This document shows, one piece after another, positions 1 to 10,583 of a DNA stretch of 64,000 bases. The stretch covers positions 32,001 through 96,000 of the forward strand of contig JAVRCV020000022.1 in the NCBI GenBank assembly GCA_034530615.2. The letters run 5' to 3'. This DNA comes from Aulosira sp. ZfuVER01 (GTDB taxonomy: Bacteria; Cyanobacteriota; Cyanobacteriia; Cyanobacteriales; Nostocaceae). Made by a program: the position numbers and the translations under genes. Position 1 is the first letter of the stretch, and each line of letters starts with the position of its first letter. The notes below the pieces were generated by a model. That model was not told the origin of the DNA. It made no database searches and was given only the letters and a program-made list of their open reading frames with translations.

Positions 1-73
1 CTAGGCGACAGTTTAGAGATTGCCACTGGTAGATCCAAGTTTCCATCCCCGTGAGGGGTAATGTTTTGAAAAC
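1..73 (-). CRISPR. Leader-proximal repeat (39-73) and partial spacer of a CRISPR array running off the left edge
   Basis: Reverse complement GTTTTCAAAACATTACCCCTCACGGGGATGGAAAC, 1 mismatch to the repeat of the 4101 array; homologous leader at 74-270. Confidence 0.85.
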
Positions 74-270
74 CCTACCCTTTTAGAAGCCTTATCCAGA
101 TAGGGTTACAGATACCCATTTTAGCGGGGGGTCTAATTTACCTGTCAATAATCTCAATTTATTGAGAATTAAAGGCTAGTAGACCATCCTCAAAAGCTTA
201 CTGTGTAGGCTTTTAGCGGGGGTTAACGAAAGAATAAGGGTTTCAGCGATCGCCTGACCCCCGCTAAAAA
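74..270 (-). promoter_or_regulatory. CRISPR leader of left array
   Basis: Inverted homolog of 3900-4100, with TTAGCGGGGG/CCCCGCTAA motifs. Confidence 0.75.
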
Positions 271-408
271 TTTACGCACACAAAGTCAAAACAAGTACTT
301 TGAGATTCAGCCGGAAACGTTATATTCAGTTTTCAAGGTTCTATGCTTTTAAACAGAAGTATAACAAAGTACTTAAACTTTTGAAAGCTTAAAACATTAA
401 CTTTTCTA

Positions 409-1158
409 TCAAGCAGTAATCATATAATCTGTATACCAAAGTTGATATTCGCCGTGTTCATGCACGTATTCTAGTAACTCCGTTAAATGAGTTGCATCTA
501 GTTCCAAAACCTCATCATTCTCTTGGGTTAACCAGTCTAATGTAGGTACTTCTTTGGTAATGACTGCGATAATTTCTTCCTTACCGGGAGTTCCTTCGAC
601 TGGGAAAGCTGTCATTGGTGAACCCTCTTGAGGCAAACTTGTTGTACCAGTATTCAAGTGTGGCTTTTGAGCAAAACATGAGGGACAAAAGCACCACATT
701 TGCCCAGATGTATCTTTTTGCAGTAGCAATAAATATCCGGGAGTTGACAAATTGATCTCAACTCGAATGTAACTACCCAGTTGCACCGATTTTTCGTACC
801 TTCCTGGAATTTTCTTCCCCCAGCCGAGAGTTTCTTCTTTGACTAAGACTAGTCCCATTTGTTCGGTGGGGGAACCTAATGATTGAAGTTGTTGCCAAAG
901 ATTATCGAAGGGTGTGAGTTCTTGGGGTTCTTCCTCACCAAATACAGCAATATCTTGCCAGTTTAAACCCAGGAATACACAAATCTCTTGGAAATTGGTG
1001 CGATATATCGGTTTAGCGTTGAAGAAATTACTAACTGTTGTGTAACCTAATCTTACTTCCGCCGCAAAATCTGTTTGGGTTAAATTTTTGGCTTTTAGGG
1101 CTTTCCTTGCCAGTTTAACGCCTTCAGTTGATGCAACCAGAGTCCGGGACATAAACAA
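409..1158 (-). CDS. XRE-type HTH protein with C-terminal DUF4384-like domain
   Basis: N-term LTQTDFAAEVRLGYTTVSNFFN HTH; C-term GYLLLLQKDTSGQMWCFCPS...GTPGKEEIIAV resembles DUF4384. Confidence 0.65.
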   Translation of the reverse strand: MFMSRTLVASTEGVKLARKALKAKNLTQTDFAAEVRLGYTTVSNFFNAKPIYRTNFQEICVFLGLNWQDIAVFGEEEPQELTPFDNLWQQLQSLGSPTEQMGLVLVKEETLGWGKKIPGRYEKSVQLGSYIRVEINLSTPGYLLLLQKDTSGQMWCFCPSCFAQKPHLNTGTTSLPQEGSPMTAFPVEGTPGKEEIIAVITKEVPTLDWLTQENDEVLELDATHLTELLEYVHEHGEYQLWYTDYMITA

Positions 1159-1447
1159 GTAAAAAGTAAAAAGTTAAAAGGTAAAAGAGAAGCTGAGATA
1201 AAAGTTAGCACATAATGATATTGCGATCGCACTTCCAGCAAATCTCTGATGGTTTTGGCTACACAGTGATGGTGGTGTTCGGTGATGAAATTACGCAAAT
1301 AAGCAAGCAAACCGCAGTTTGAGAAAATAATACAGCCTTTTTCAGGTAAATGAATGTAGGGGCACAAGCATTGCTGTGCCCTGACGATAGATGTGGTTGA
1401 AATACGTGAATCTGCTGTAAACGACATCCTCTGACATCGACATCTCT

Positions 1448-1504
1448 AAGTCATATACGAAGTCATATACAAAATTAAATAACCCATACACGAACTCATA
1501 TATA
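1448..1504. promoter_or_regulatory. Four 12-bp direct repeats in divergent promoter region, possible operator
   Basis: AAGTCATATACG, AAGTCATATACA, AACCCATACACG, AACTCATATATA. Confidence 0.35.
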
Positions 1505-1730
1505 GCACTGCAACAATTAAATTAAACCTACTACAAAAAACCAAAAATTGTCGGTTGGGTTGGCGGCAGGAAATCCAACACTGATAATCATCTTGAGTTG
1601 TCAAAATATATGTTGGGTTTCGCCGTCGCTGTGTTAAGAAATTTGCGGTGCCGTACTCTCACCGATACACACCCTACACATATTTCTTTTACCTTTTACC
1701 TTTTACCTTTTTACTTTTTACTTTCATACC

Positions 1731-3752
1731 ATGTTCACTCTAGAACATCTCAATTTCGCATGGCTACAAGTCCGTGCGGGTAGTAAGACTGCGGGAATTG
1801 ATGGGATTTCTGTTGAATTATTCGAGTCTATGGCTACCGAACAATTACAGCATATCGCCTATCAAATCCAGCATGAAACTTATACTGCAAGTCCCGCTAA
1901 AGGGTTTTATATACCCAAGAAAAACGGCGATAAGCGCTTAATTGGTATCTCTACTGTGCGGGATAGAATTGTGCAGCGCTTGCTGCTTGATGAATTGTAT
2001 TTTCCCTTAGAAGATACATTTCTAGATTGTAGCTATGCCTATCGTCCGGGACATAGTATCCAGCAAGCAGTACAGCATTTATATGGATACTATCAGTATC
2101 AGCCAAAATGGATTATTAAAGCCGATATCGCTGATTTTTTTGACAATCTTTCTTGGGCGTTGCTGTTAACAGCATTGGAAGAATTATCGCTTAATTCCAG
2201 TGTCATGCAATTACTCCAAGGACAGTTGCAATCGGGAATCATCATTGCTAAACAACATATCAACCCAGGTAAAGGAGTATTACAAGGTGGGATACTTTCT
2301 GGTGCTTTAGCAAATTTATATCTGACTAATTTTGATCGAAAATGTCTCAGTCAAGGTATTAACTTGGTACGATATGGGGATGATTTTGTTATCGCCTGTA
2401 ATAGTTGGCTAGAAGCAAACCGTATCCTCGACAAAATTACCGCTTGGTTGGGCGAGGTTTATTTAACTCTCCAACCAGAGAAGACACAGATTTTTACTCC
2501 CAATGATGAGTTTACTTTTTTAGGTTATCGCTTTGCTGGTGGTGAAGTTTATGCGCCACCACCACCTAAACCTGTACGCCCAGGCGAATGGGTAATTAAT
2601 GATTCGGGTTCACCTTATTTTCGCACCAAACCAAGACCGAGAAAACCAGTTTCTCATCCTCCCAAAGCTTGCAGTATCGATAAGCCGATTAATTTCCCAA
2701 AAGCATCTCTATCCCATTATTGGCAGGAAAGTATGACTACTTTATATATAACCGATCAAGGTGCATATTTGAGTGTCAAAAATCAGCAGTTTCAGGTATT
2801 TTATCAGCGAGAGTTACGAATTAAAGTTCCAGTTTCGCGGGTGAGCAATATTGTTCTATTTGGTTCTTGTAATGTATCGCATGGCGCTGTGAGTATGGCG
2901 TTGCGGCGACGGATTCCGATTATGTATTTATCGCAGAAAGGCAGATATTTTGGGAGGTTACAAGTAGAAGGTGATGCCAAAGTTGAATATTTGATGTTAC
3001 AGGTTGAACGTTGTCAAAATCCTGAGTTTGTCAAAAAGCAAGCTGAAGCGATAGTTAAGGCAAAGTTGCATAACTCCCGAATTTTGCTAATGCGATTAAA
3101 TCGTCGTCGGAAATCTAAAGATGTAGATGAAGCAGCTATTAAAACCGCCGTTCATGATTTAGAGATTTTGATCAGCAAGCTACCTTTTGCAGATAGTATG
3201 GATATGCTGCGGGGCTATGAAGGAAAAGCGGCGACAATTTATTTTCAAGCGCTAGGAAGTTTATTTTCTGGTGCATTTAAATTTGAAAAGCGCACCAAGC
3301 GTCCACCCACTGACCCGATTAATAGTATGCTCAGTTTAGGGTACACTCTATTAAGCCAAAATGTTTATTCGTTCATCCAATCTGTAGGATTGCATACTCA
3401 TTTTGGGAATTTACACGTTCCCCGCGATTATCATCCAGCGCTAGTTTCTGATTTGATGGAAGAATGGCGGGCTGGCTTAGTCGATACTTTGGTAGTTTAT
3501 TTAGTCAATTCTGAAGTTTTTACAATTGATGATTTTACCTTACCTGACGAACGCGAAGGGGTGTATTTTCAACCTCACGCACTCAAGAAGTTTCTGAAGC
3601 ATTGGGAAGAGAAATTGCAATCAGAAGTGACGCATCCTCATACTGGACAAAAAGTAGTATACCGTCGCGCTCTTGAGTTGCAGGTACGGGAATACATTTC
3701 TTGTTTAAAGGGTGAAGTAGAAATTTACCGCCCGATGACTTGGGAGAGATAG
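1731..3752 (+). CDS. cas1: Reverse transcriptase-Cas1 fusion
   Basis: Group II-like RT motifs (AGIDG, DRIVQ, SYAYRPG, ADIADFFD, QGG, RYGDD) then Cas1 domain (TLYITDQG, RGYEG, RPPTDPINSMLSLGY, LVSDLMEE); between two arrays. Confidence 0.95.
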   Translation: MFTLEHLNFAWLQVRAGSKTAGIDGISVELFESMATEQLQHIAYQIQHETYTASPAKGFYIPKKNGDKRLIGISTVRDRIVQRLLLDELYFPLEDTFLDCSYAYRPGHSIQQAVQHLYGYYQYQPKWIIKADIADFFDNLSWALLLTALEELSLNSSVMQLLQGQLQSGIIIAKQHINPGKGVLQGGILSGALANLYLTNFDRKCLSQGINLVRYGDDFVIACNSWLEANRILDKITAWLGEVYLTLQPEKTQIFTPNDEFTFLGYRFAGGEVYAPPPPKPVRPGEWVINDSGSPYFRTKPRPRKPVSHPPKACSIDKPINFPKASLSHYWQESMTTLYITDQGAYLSVKNQQFQVFYQRELRIKVPVSRVSNIVLFGSCNVSHGAVSMALRRRIPIMYLSQKGRYFGRLQVEGDAKVEYLMLQVERCQNPEFVKKQAEAIVKAKLHNSRILLMRLNRRRKSKDVDEAAIKTAVHDLEILISKLPFADSMDMLRGYEGKAATIYFQALGSLFSGAFKFEKRTKRPPTDPINSMLSLGYTLLSQNVYSFIQSVGLHTHFGNLHVPRDYHPALVSDLMEEWRAGLVDTLVVYLVNSEVFTIDDFTLPDEREGVYFQPHALKKFLKHWEEKLQSEVTHPHTGQKVVYRRALELQVREYISCLKGEVEIYRPMTWER

Positions 3753-3899
3753 GCGAGAAAACTTATGTTAAGTTTGCGGCTGACGCTGTGAAAAGTCCAG
3801 AGTACTTTGTTATACTGTCTAACAAAATCACAGTACCTTGAAAACTTAATTTTTCGTTTCCAAGTGAAAGCAAAAGTATTTGTTTTGACTAGACACACG

Positions 3900-4100
3900 T
3901 AAGTTTTTAGCGGGGGTAGAGCGATCGTCAAAACCCTTATTCTTTCGTTGACCCCCGCTAATCGCTTACTGTACAAGGTTTTGAGTAGGGTCGATGAGTC
4001 CCCTATTCTCAATAATTTGTGCTTATTGACAGATAATTTGACCCCCCCGCTAAAATGGCTATCTGTAACCCTTTCTGGGTAAGGTTTCTAAAAGGGTAGG
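3900..4100 (+). promoter_or_regulatory. CRISPR leader
   Basis: Non-coding, abuts first repeat, homologous to 74-270. Confidence 0.75.
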
Positions 4101-5226
4101 GTTTTCAAATCATTACCCCTCACGGGGATGGAAACGAGTTCTGAGATTGTCTCATTACTAGGCCCAACACCAAGTTTTCAAATCATTACCCCTCACGGGG
4201 ATGGAAACGTCTAATCTTTACATCAGTTAAATCAGTTACAAGAAATTGTTTTCAAATCATTACCCCTCACGGGGATGGAAACGCGTAGTAGTCTTTCGTA
4301 ATTCGATATACCTGTGGTTTTCAAATCATTACCCCTCACGGGGATGGAAACGTGTTTGGGCTTGCTTCGCCAAGGCTTCGGCTTGAGCGGGTTTTCAAAT
4401 CATTACCCCTCACGGGGATGGAAACGAGACATCACTTGGTGGAGTACCTACTCCAACTGCTATTAGTTTTCAAATCATTACCCCTCACGGGGATGGAAAC
4501 TGTCTGGAAACTGGGTAATCACATTGAACCCATATTGTTTTCAAATCATTACCCCTCACGGGGATGGAAACTTTCCAGTGCGCCTGGAACAATATAGGTC
4601 GGTAGAAGGTTTTCAAATCATTACCCCTCACGGGGATGGAAACTGGTTGGTGAGAAGTTTTTGCTTCTGAAACAATAGGGGTGGGTTGTTTTCAAATCAT
4701 TACCCCTCACGGGGATGGAAACATTCTCTGCATAAGTAATCTTATGCAGAATATATTGTTTTCAAATCATTACCCCTCACGGGGATGGAAACTGGTGTTA
4801 CTAATGCCATCGGATTCGACTTTATTAACTGTTTTCAAATCATTACCCCTCACGGGGATGGAAACCCTTGGCTTTCTTCGTAACTCAATTCGATATTTGT
4901 TTTCAAATCATTACCCCTCACGGGGATGGAAACTCTACAGGAGTGGGGATGAAAATAATGATAGGGTATGAAGTTTTCAAATCATTACCCCTCACGGGGA
5001 TGGAAACTGTATAGGGCTAATTGCAAACGCACTCATAACAAGCGGTTTTCAAATCATTACCCCTCACGGGGATGGAAACAAACAAAAAGAAATCCGAAAG
5101 CAATTTTATCCTGATGGGTTTTCAAATCATTACCCCTCACGGGGATGGAAACTTTTTCAAAGCTAAGGATTCTGAATGTCTCAGACCCATCGTTTTCAAA
5201 TCATTACCCCTCACGGGGATAATAAA
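4101..5226 (+). CRISPR. CRISPR array, 16 repeats (last degenerate) / 15 spacers, probably type III
   Basis: 35-bp repeat GTTTTCAAATCATTACCCCTCACGGGGATGGAAAC at 4101, 4174, 4248 ... 5118, 5192; next to RT-Cas1. Confidence 0.97.
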
Positions 5227-5280
5227 TTTTAGATAAAATAAGTAATTGATAAAAAATATCCAAACATCTGGAATTAGCAG

Positions 5281-8200
5281 ATGAAAAAACTTATAAAAAA
5301 ATTAAATCAACTAAATTTACAAGTTGTAGAATTAGCTGGAGAAGGCAACCTAGAACAAGCAATAATCGTTGCCCAACAAGCTGTAAATATTGGCGAGACT
5401 CACCAAATAACCGAAAATCCTGAATACTGCGATAGCTTAAATAACCTCGCCGAACTATATCGGATACAAGGAAGTTACTTATTAGCTCAACCTTTATACT
5501 TACAAACCCTAAATCTCAGAAAAAAACTTCTAGGTTACGAACATCCTGATGTCGCCCAATCTCTAAATAATCTCGCCGCCTTATACCATGCACAAGGCAA
5601 TTATGTAGAAGCAGAAAAACTCTTTCTAGAATCACTAGAATTGTGGAAACATATCTTTGGCGAATCACATTTTCAAATTGCCACTAATTTAAATAACCTC
5701 GCCGAAATATATCGAGAACAAGGCAAATATTTCCAAGCTGAACAAGTACACTTAGAAGTGTTAGCAATGCGAAAACGCTTGTTTGGTGAGTCACATCCTG
5801 ATATTGCCCAAACTCTAAATAATTTAGCCAATATTTACACCACACAAGGCCGCTATGCTGATGCAGAAAGAATGCATTTAGAAGCCTTGGCGATGAAACA
5901 AAGCTTATTTGGCGATACACATCCAGAAATTGCTGTTAGCTTAAATAACTTAGCTGCATTATATGACTCACAAGGGCGTTATTTAGAGGCAGAAGAAAAG
6001 TTTCTCGAAATCTTAGATAAATGGCAAAAAATCCTCCCCAACGAACATCCATACATCGCCTCTACCTTAAATAATCTTGCCAGCAATTACAAAGAACAAG
6101 GACGTTACCGAGAAGCAGAACAGATATATCTCCAAGCTTTGGCGATGCGGAAATGCTTACTCGGAAATCTACATCCTGATGTCGCAGTAAGCTTGAGTAA
6201 CTTAGCCGAAGTTTATCTCAGCCAAGGACGCTATGAACAAGCTGAACAATTGTATTTAGCAGCCCATGAAATGAGAAAGCAATTATTCACTGATGAACAT
6301 CTTGATATTGCTGATAGTTTAAGGAATATAGCCGTAGTTTATACATTTCAAGGACGCTATGACCAAGCCGAACAAAAATATTTGGAAGTCTTACCCATTC
6401 TAGAAAATTTTCTAGGGTTAGAGCATCCAGTCATTGCCGAGCATTTCATTAATCTAGCAGCACTTTATGAAGAACAAGGACGTTATTCGCAAGCCGAACA
6501 GAAATATTTAGCTGCTTTAGAAATTCAAAGAAATATTTTTGGTCATGAACATCCAGAAATTGCCCATACTTTCAACCAAATAGCCGTACTTTATCGCCTC
6601 CAAGGACGATATGCAGAATCCGAACAACTGCATCTAGAATGTTTGGCAATGACTAAACGTCTGTTAGGAGAACAACATCCATTTGCGGCAGTTATTCTGA
6701 ATAATTTAGCAGTATTATATGATGATTTAACTCAATATCAAAAAGCCGAATCATTATTTTTACAAGCTTTAGCAATTGTTAAAACTGCCTTCGGTACTGC
6801 ACACCCCCAAGTAGCAACTACAATGAATAACTTAGCTGTTATTTATGATTTTCAAGGGCGTTACCAAGAATCAGAAAAACTGCATTTAGAAACCTTAAAA
6901 CTGAGAAAATCATTATTAGGGGAAGAACACCCAAAAGTTTCTATAAGTCTGAATAATCTTGCAGAACTCTACTTTTCACAAGGGCGCTTTGCGGAAGCAG
7001 AACAGAAGTATGTCGAAACTTTGGCGATGCGAAAACGCTTATTGGGAGAAGAACATCCCGACGTAGCTTTTAGTATGAATAATCTCGCTACTGTCTTAGC
7101 TGCTACTAACCGCCCAGAAGCAGCTTTAGATTATCGCATCCAAGCAAGCTTAATTAATGACAAGATTATACGTAACATATTTGCCTTCAGTTCGGAAAGC
7201 GATCGCCTGGCTTTTCTGCAAAAAATTAGAAATAATTTCGATTTATTTCTCTCCTTAGTCTACAACCACCTATCTGACTCGAATCATGCCAAACTTGCAG
7301 CAATCGATTTTGTCTTGAAACGCAAAGGACTAACAGCATCAGCACTGGCGGCGCAAAACCAAGCCCTATATAGTGGACGCTATCCCCAACTCCAAGAAAA
7401 GTTCCGTCAGCTAAGTGATTTAAATACGCGACTGGTACACCTCACTTTCTCTGTCCCCCAAACCGATGAGACAGCCACACCAGAGAAAACCTCGCGCCAG
7501 TTCACAGCCTACCGAGAAAACTTAACCCAACTGCAAGCACAGTATAACTACTTGCAAAAACAACTAGCATTGCAAGTACCAGAAATTCAGTTATCTGAGC
7601 AAACTTTTGACCGTGAAGCTATAGCCACAGCATTACCCCCTGATTCTATTTTAATTGAATTTGTCCGCTTTGATGTCTTCGATTTTCAGGCGATCGCCGC
7701 CAATGGAGAAACCCAATGGTATCCACCTCGGTATCTAGCATTTATTCTCAAAGCCGGACAACCAGATGCAGTGCAAACGATCGACTTAGGAGCAGCCGAC
7801 ACAATTGATAGCCTAATTCAGATATTTCGCTTAGAAGCATCCGATTATGCACAGCCAACATTAGCTCTTAGGAAAACTAAAGACAAACCAACGCTGCATA
7901 TTAAAGCTTATGATTCCACTGCTGCTATTCAACTGAGTCAATTGCTGTTTGCACCCATCCGTGAATTCGTCAAAGATTGCAGACATCTGATTATTGCACC
8001 CGATGGAAACTTAAACTTAGTCCCGTTTCAGATTTTGCCTATTGATAGTACAGGTCAACGTCTACTAATGGATGAATATACCATCAGTTATCTCAGTGTC
8101 GGCAGAGAAATTCTCCGCACCAAAGTTCAGCCATTGACACGTTCCATCTCTGCACCACTCATCCTTGCTGATCCTGATTTTGATTTAACAGCAGACTTAG

Positions 8201-9090
8201 ATAGAGAAACTATCAACAACCAGGAATTACCTCCAGCTAATCTACCTAGAAAATTAACAGCAGAATTACTTCATACTCTCACAGGGAAAAGCCTCAGTCG
8301 TGCTGCGGGTACAAGATTTTTAGGTGAAAGTGTCGCGAAAAAGTTGCGAGATGCACAACTGTACTTGGGTACAGAAGCAGTAGAAACCCGTTTAACAAGT
8401 AGTGAGTGTCCCAGTATCATGCTAATTGCCACTCACGGCTTATTTTTAAGCGACTCTGAGCGAGAATTAGGCGATCGCAAACGTAACTTATTGACTATAG
8501 ATCGTCTGCGAACAACCAAGGTAGAAAATCCCATGATGCGTTCTGGATTGGCTTTAGCGGGTGCTAACACATGGCTATTCGGTGGAACTCTCCCCCCAGA
8601 TGCAGGTAAAGGCTTTGTTTTTGCCCAAGATATCGCTAGTTTAGATTTGTGGGCTAATGAATTAACGGTTCTCTCTGCTTGTGATACCGCCAGAGGCGAT
8701 ATTAAAATTGGCGAAGGTGTGTTTGGTTTACGTCGTGCTTTTGCCGTAGCAGGATCGCAAACCCTGGTGATGAGCCTATGGCCAGTCCCTGATAAAGTAA
8801 CCGCCCTGTTGATGGAACGTTTTTTTGATAATTTACAGTCTGGTATGGGGCGTTCCACTGCGTTACATCAGTCTCAGGATTATATACGTATAATTACTGT
8901 AAAACAATTACGGCAATCGACCTTGGGTATTGAGGTACTAAAAGAACTTTTAAAAGTCAATGAATTATCAGCAGACACTCAGATTGATTGTCAAGAAGAA
9001 GACACGCCCTTGCAGCATCCTTTTTACTGGGGAGCCTGGATTTGTCAAGGAAATACGGAGTCACTAACAGTTAGGGCTATTTTCAGATAA
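5281..9090 (+). CDS. TPR-repeat CHAT (caspase-like) domain protein
   Basis: Many 42-aa TPRs (HPDVAQSLNNLAALY..QG.Y); CHAT motifs IAPDG.L, IATHG (His), VLSACDT (Cys), SLWPV.D, HPFYW. Confidence 0.92.
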   Translation: MKKLIKKLNQLNLQVVELAGEGNLEQAIIVAQQAVNIGETHQITENPEYCDSLNNLAELYRIQGSYLLAQPLYLQTLNLRKKLLGYEHPDVAQSLNNLAALYHAQGNYVEAEKLFLESLELWKHIFGESHFQIATNLNNLAEIYREQGKYFQAEQVHLEVLAMRKRLFGESHPDIAQTLNNLANIYTTQGRYADAERMHLEALAMKQSLFGDTHPEIAVSLNNLAALYDSQGRYLEAEEKFLEILDKWQKILPNEHPYIASTLNNLASNYKEQGRYREAEQIYLQALAMRKCLLGNLHPDVAVSLSNLAEVYLSQGRYEQAEQLYLAAHEMRKQLFTDEHLDIADSLRNIAVVYTFQGRYDQAEQKYLEVLPILENFLGLEHPVIAEHFINLAALYEEQGRYSQAEQKYLAALEIQRNIFGHEHPEIAHTFNQIAVLYRLQGRYAESEQLHLECLAMTKRLLGEQHPFAAVILNNLAVLYDDLTQYQKAESLFLQALAIVKTAFGTAHPQVATTMNNLAVIYDFQGRYQESEKLHLETLKLRKSLLGEEHPKVSISLNNLAELYFSQGRFAEAEQKYVETLAMRKRLLGEEHPDVAFSMNNLATVLAATNRPEAALDYRIQASLINDKIIRNIFAFSSESDRLAFLQKIRNNFDLFLSLVYNHLSDSNHAKLAAIDFVLKRKGLTASALAAQNQALYSGRYPQLQEKFRQLSDLNTRLVHLTFSVPQTDETATPEKTSRQFTAYRENLTQLQAQYNYLQKQLALQVPEIQLSEQTFDREAIATALPPDSILIEFVRFDVFDFQAIAANGETQWYPPRYLAFILKAGQPDAVQTIDLGAADTIDSLIQIFRLEASDYAQPTLALRKTKDKPTLHIKAYDSTAAIQLSQLLFAPIREFVKDCRHLIIAPDGNLNLVPFQILPIDSTGQRLLMDEYTISYLSVGREILRTKVQPLTRSISAPLILADPDFDLTADLDRETINNQELPPANLPRKLTAELLHTLTGKSLSRAAGTRFLGESVAKKLRDAQLYLGTEAVETRLTSSECPSIMLIATHGLFLSDSERELGDRKRNLLTIDRLRTTKVENPMMRSGLALAGANTWLFGGTLPPDAGKGFVFAQDIASLDLWANELTVLSACDTARGDIKIGEGVFGLRRAFAVAGSQTLVMSLWPVPDKVTALLMERFFDNLQSGMGRSTALHQSQDYIRIITVKQLRQSTLGIEVLKELLKVNELSADTQIDCQEEDTPLQHPFYWGAWICQGNTESLTVRAIFR

Positions 9091-9280
9091 AAAGATTATT
9101 TCTGCTTCTAAGTACTTTGGGAGTAAATCAAGTAGTTTATTATTTTAAGCAATATTACGTAGATAAGCAAGGAGATTAAGCTTTTTGTTTATTCAACCTT
9201 GACATTTCAACTTTTTCTACAGATATAATTATAGATGAAATTAAATAAAACCAGAAAAGTGAAAATTAAATATTCAACCT

Positions 9281-9310
9281 AAGCCGGGGATGTAAGTCTC
9301 CGGCTTTTTT
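9281..9310 (+). terminator. Rho-independent terminator-like hairpin
   Basis: AAGCCGGGGA...TCTCCGGCTT followed by T run. Confidence 0.55.
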
Positions 9311-9401
9311 GGTAAGTCAACAAAAATCCTAATAAATGTCAAATTAATTGAGGATATTAGCCCCATAACTACTTGCAACAAATTAGTAATTTATTAAGAA
9401 A

Positions 9402-10268
9402 ATGAATCAAAAAACAATTCCCCTACAGGCAGAAGAACTTAAACCAGGTATTTACAATCCAAAAATCTGGAGATTGAATGTACAAGGTAAAGAAAAGCCT
9501 AGCCAAAACGACTATATTCAAGCGTTTGGACTTTTACCAGATTTTGTTCTCCAGGCTAATGCAATTTTAATCTCTGAGCAAAAGGAGAGGGATTTAGGAG
9601 TATTAATTTCGTCTCATCGAGATGCTTTTAAGGCTATACATAAGTGGTTAGTTCACTTTGATAGCACTATCAATAATAGCTCTTCCGTTGATCCACCAGA
9701 GCTACATTTTAGTTGGGAGTTTGACTATAAACCCCATGCTAAACAATCTTGGGCTTTGCTAAATCTTTGCAGAGAAATTCTCAAACGCGACCAATTTGGA
9801 TGGAAGGAGTCAATTAAACATCTTTCTGCTGCTGAACTTTGGTTTAGCTGCGAATTTGAGAAATTGGAGAATACTTTGACAAGAACAGGAATTTTAGGAA
9901 CAAGTACTTGGAGGGGAAAAAATTCTGACTGTGATGCAATGTCAAAACGAATCGCCGAAAACTTTAATTCTCTTCCTTCACGAAGATTTGCAGAAGCTTG
10001 TAACTTTCCGGAACATCAAATTCAAAGTTGGGATTCTACAGACGAAGCTATCAGAGTACACGCTGAAAAAATTGCACAACAGGATATTGAGTTTAGTATT
10101 ATCTACCATGACTACATCAAGATTCGGAAACAGACTCTCAGAAGTATTCGCAATAATCCCAATCTACAGTTTGCTGCTTTAGGAGAAAATGGTCTTCTAT
10201 CTGTCGGTGGAAAGGGTAAGCGAGGCAAAGGTCGAAAACCTTCAAAGGGGTTTTGTAAACAAAAGTAA
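9402..10268 (+). CDS. Hypothetical protein with basic C-terminal tail
   Basis: 288-aa ORF followed by terminator; no recognised motif. Confidence 0.65.
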   Translation: MNQKTIPLQAEELKPGIYNPKIWRLNVQGKEKPSQNDYIQAFGLLPDFVLQANAILISEQKERDLGVLISSHRDAFKAIHKWLVHFDSTINNSSSVDPPELHFSWEFDYKPHAKQSWALLNLCREILKRDQFGWKESIKHLSAAELWFSCEFEKLENTLTRTGILGTSTWRGKNSDCDAMSKRIAENFNSLPSRRFAEACNFPEHQIQSWDSTDEAIRVHAEKIAQQDIEFSIIYHDYIKIRKQTLRSIRNNPNLQFAALGENGLLSVGGKGKRGKGRKPSKGFCKQK

Positions 10269-10303
10269 CAAGTTTCAAAAAAGATGCACAAAGGATGAAA
10301 TTT

Positions 10304-10344
10304 AAAATCTGCTCTGACAAGCTAGTTTCAGAGCAGATTTTTTT
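10304..10344 (+). terminator. Rho-independent terminator
   Basis: AAAATCTGCTCTGA / TCAGAGCAGATTTT plus T run. Confidence 0.65.
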
Positions 10345-10583
10345 AGGAGGTGACACAAACGAGTAAATAATAGTTTTTGTTTTCTAATTTCTATTTGGAA
10401 TTGACGGACAAAATAGATTGTAAAGGAGTAGTTTAAACATGAAATAATCCCTTGACTTGACTAGCTTTTGTGCATAACCAGCAGGAAGTGGATAAGCACA
10501 AAAATCTGCTAATATTTTCGTATTAATTAAGCATCAATATGAATGGATACCGAATAAACTTAACTCAATGAGAAAGGAGGAAA

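Noticed and set aside
1731..2600. Group II intron or retron RT
   Set aside because: RT is fused in frame to Cas1 and flanked by CRISPR leaders; no intron or msr/msd structure seen
4352..4971. ORFs within the CRISPR array (also 47282-48033)
   Set aside because: Translations of repeats and spacers
4136..5191. Self-targeting spacers within the window
   Set aside because: None spotted by eye; needs a computational search
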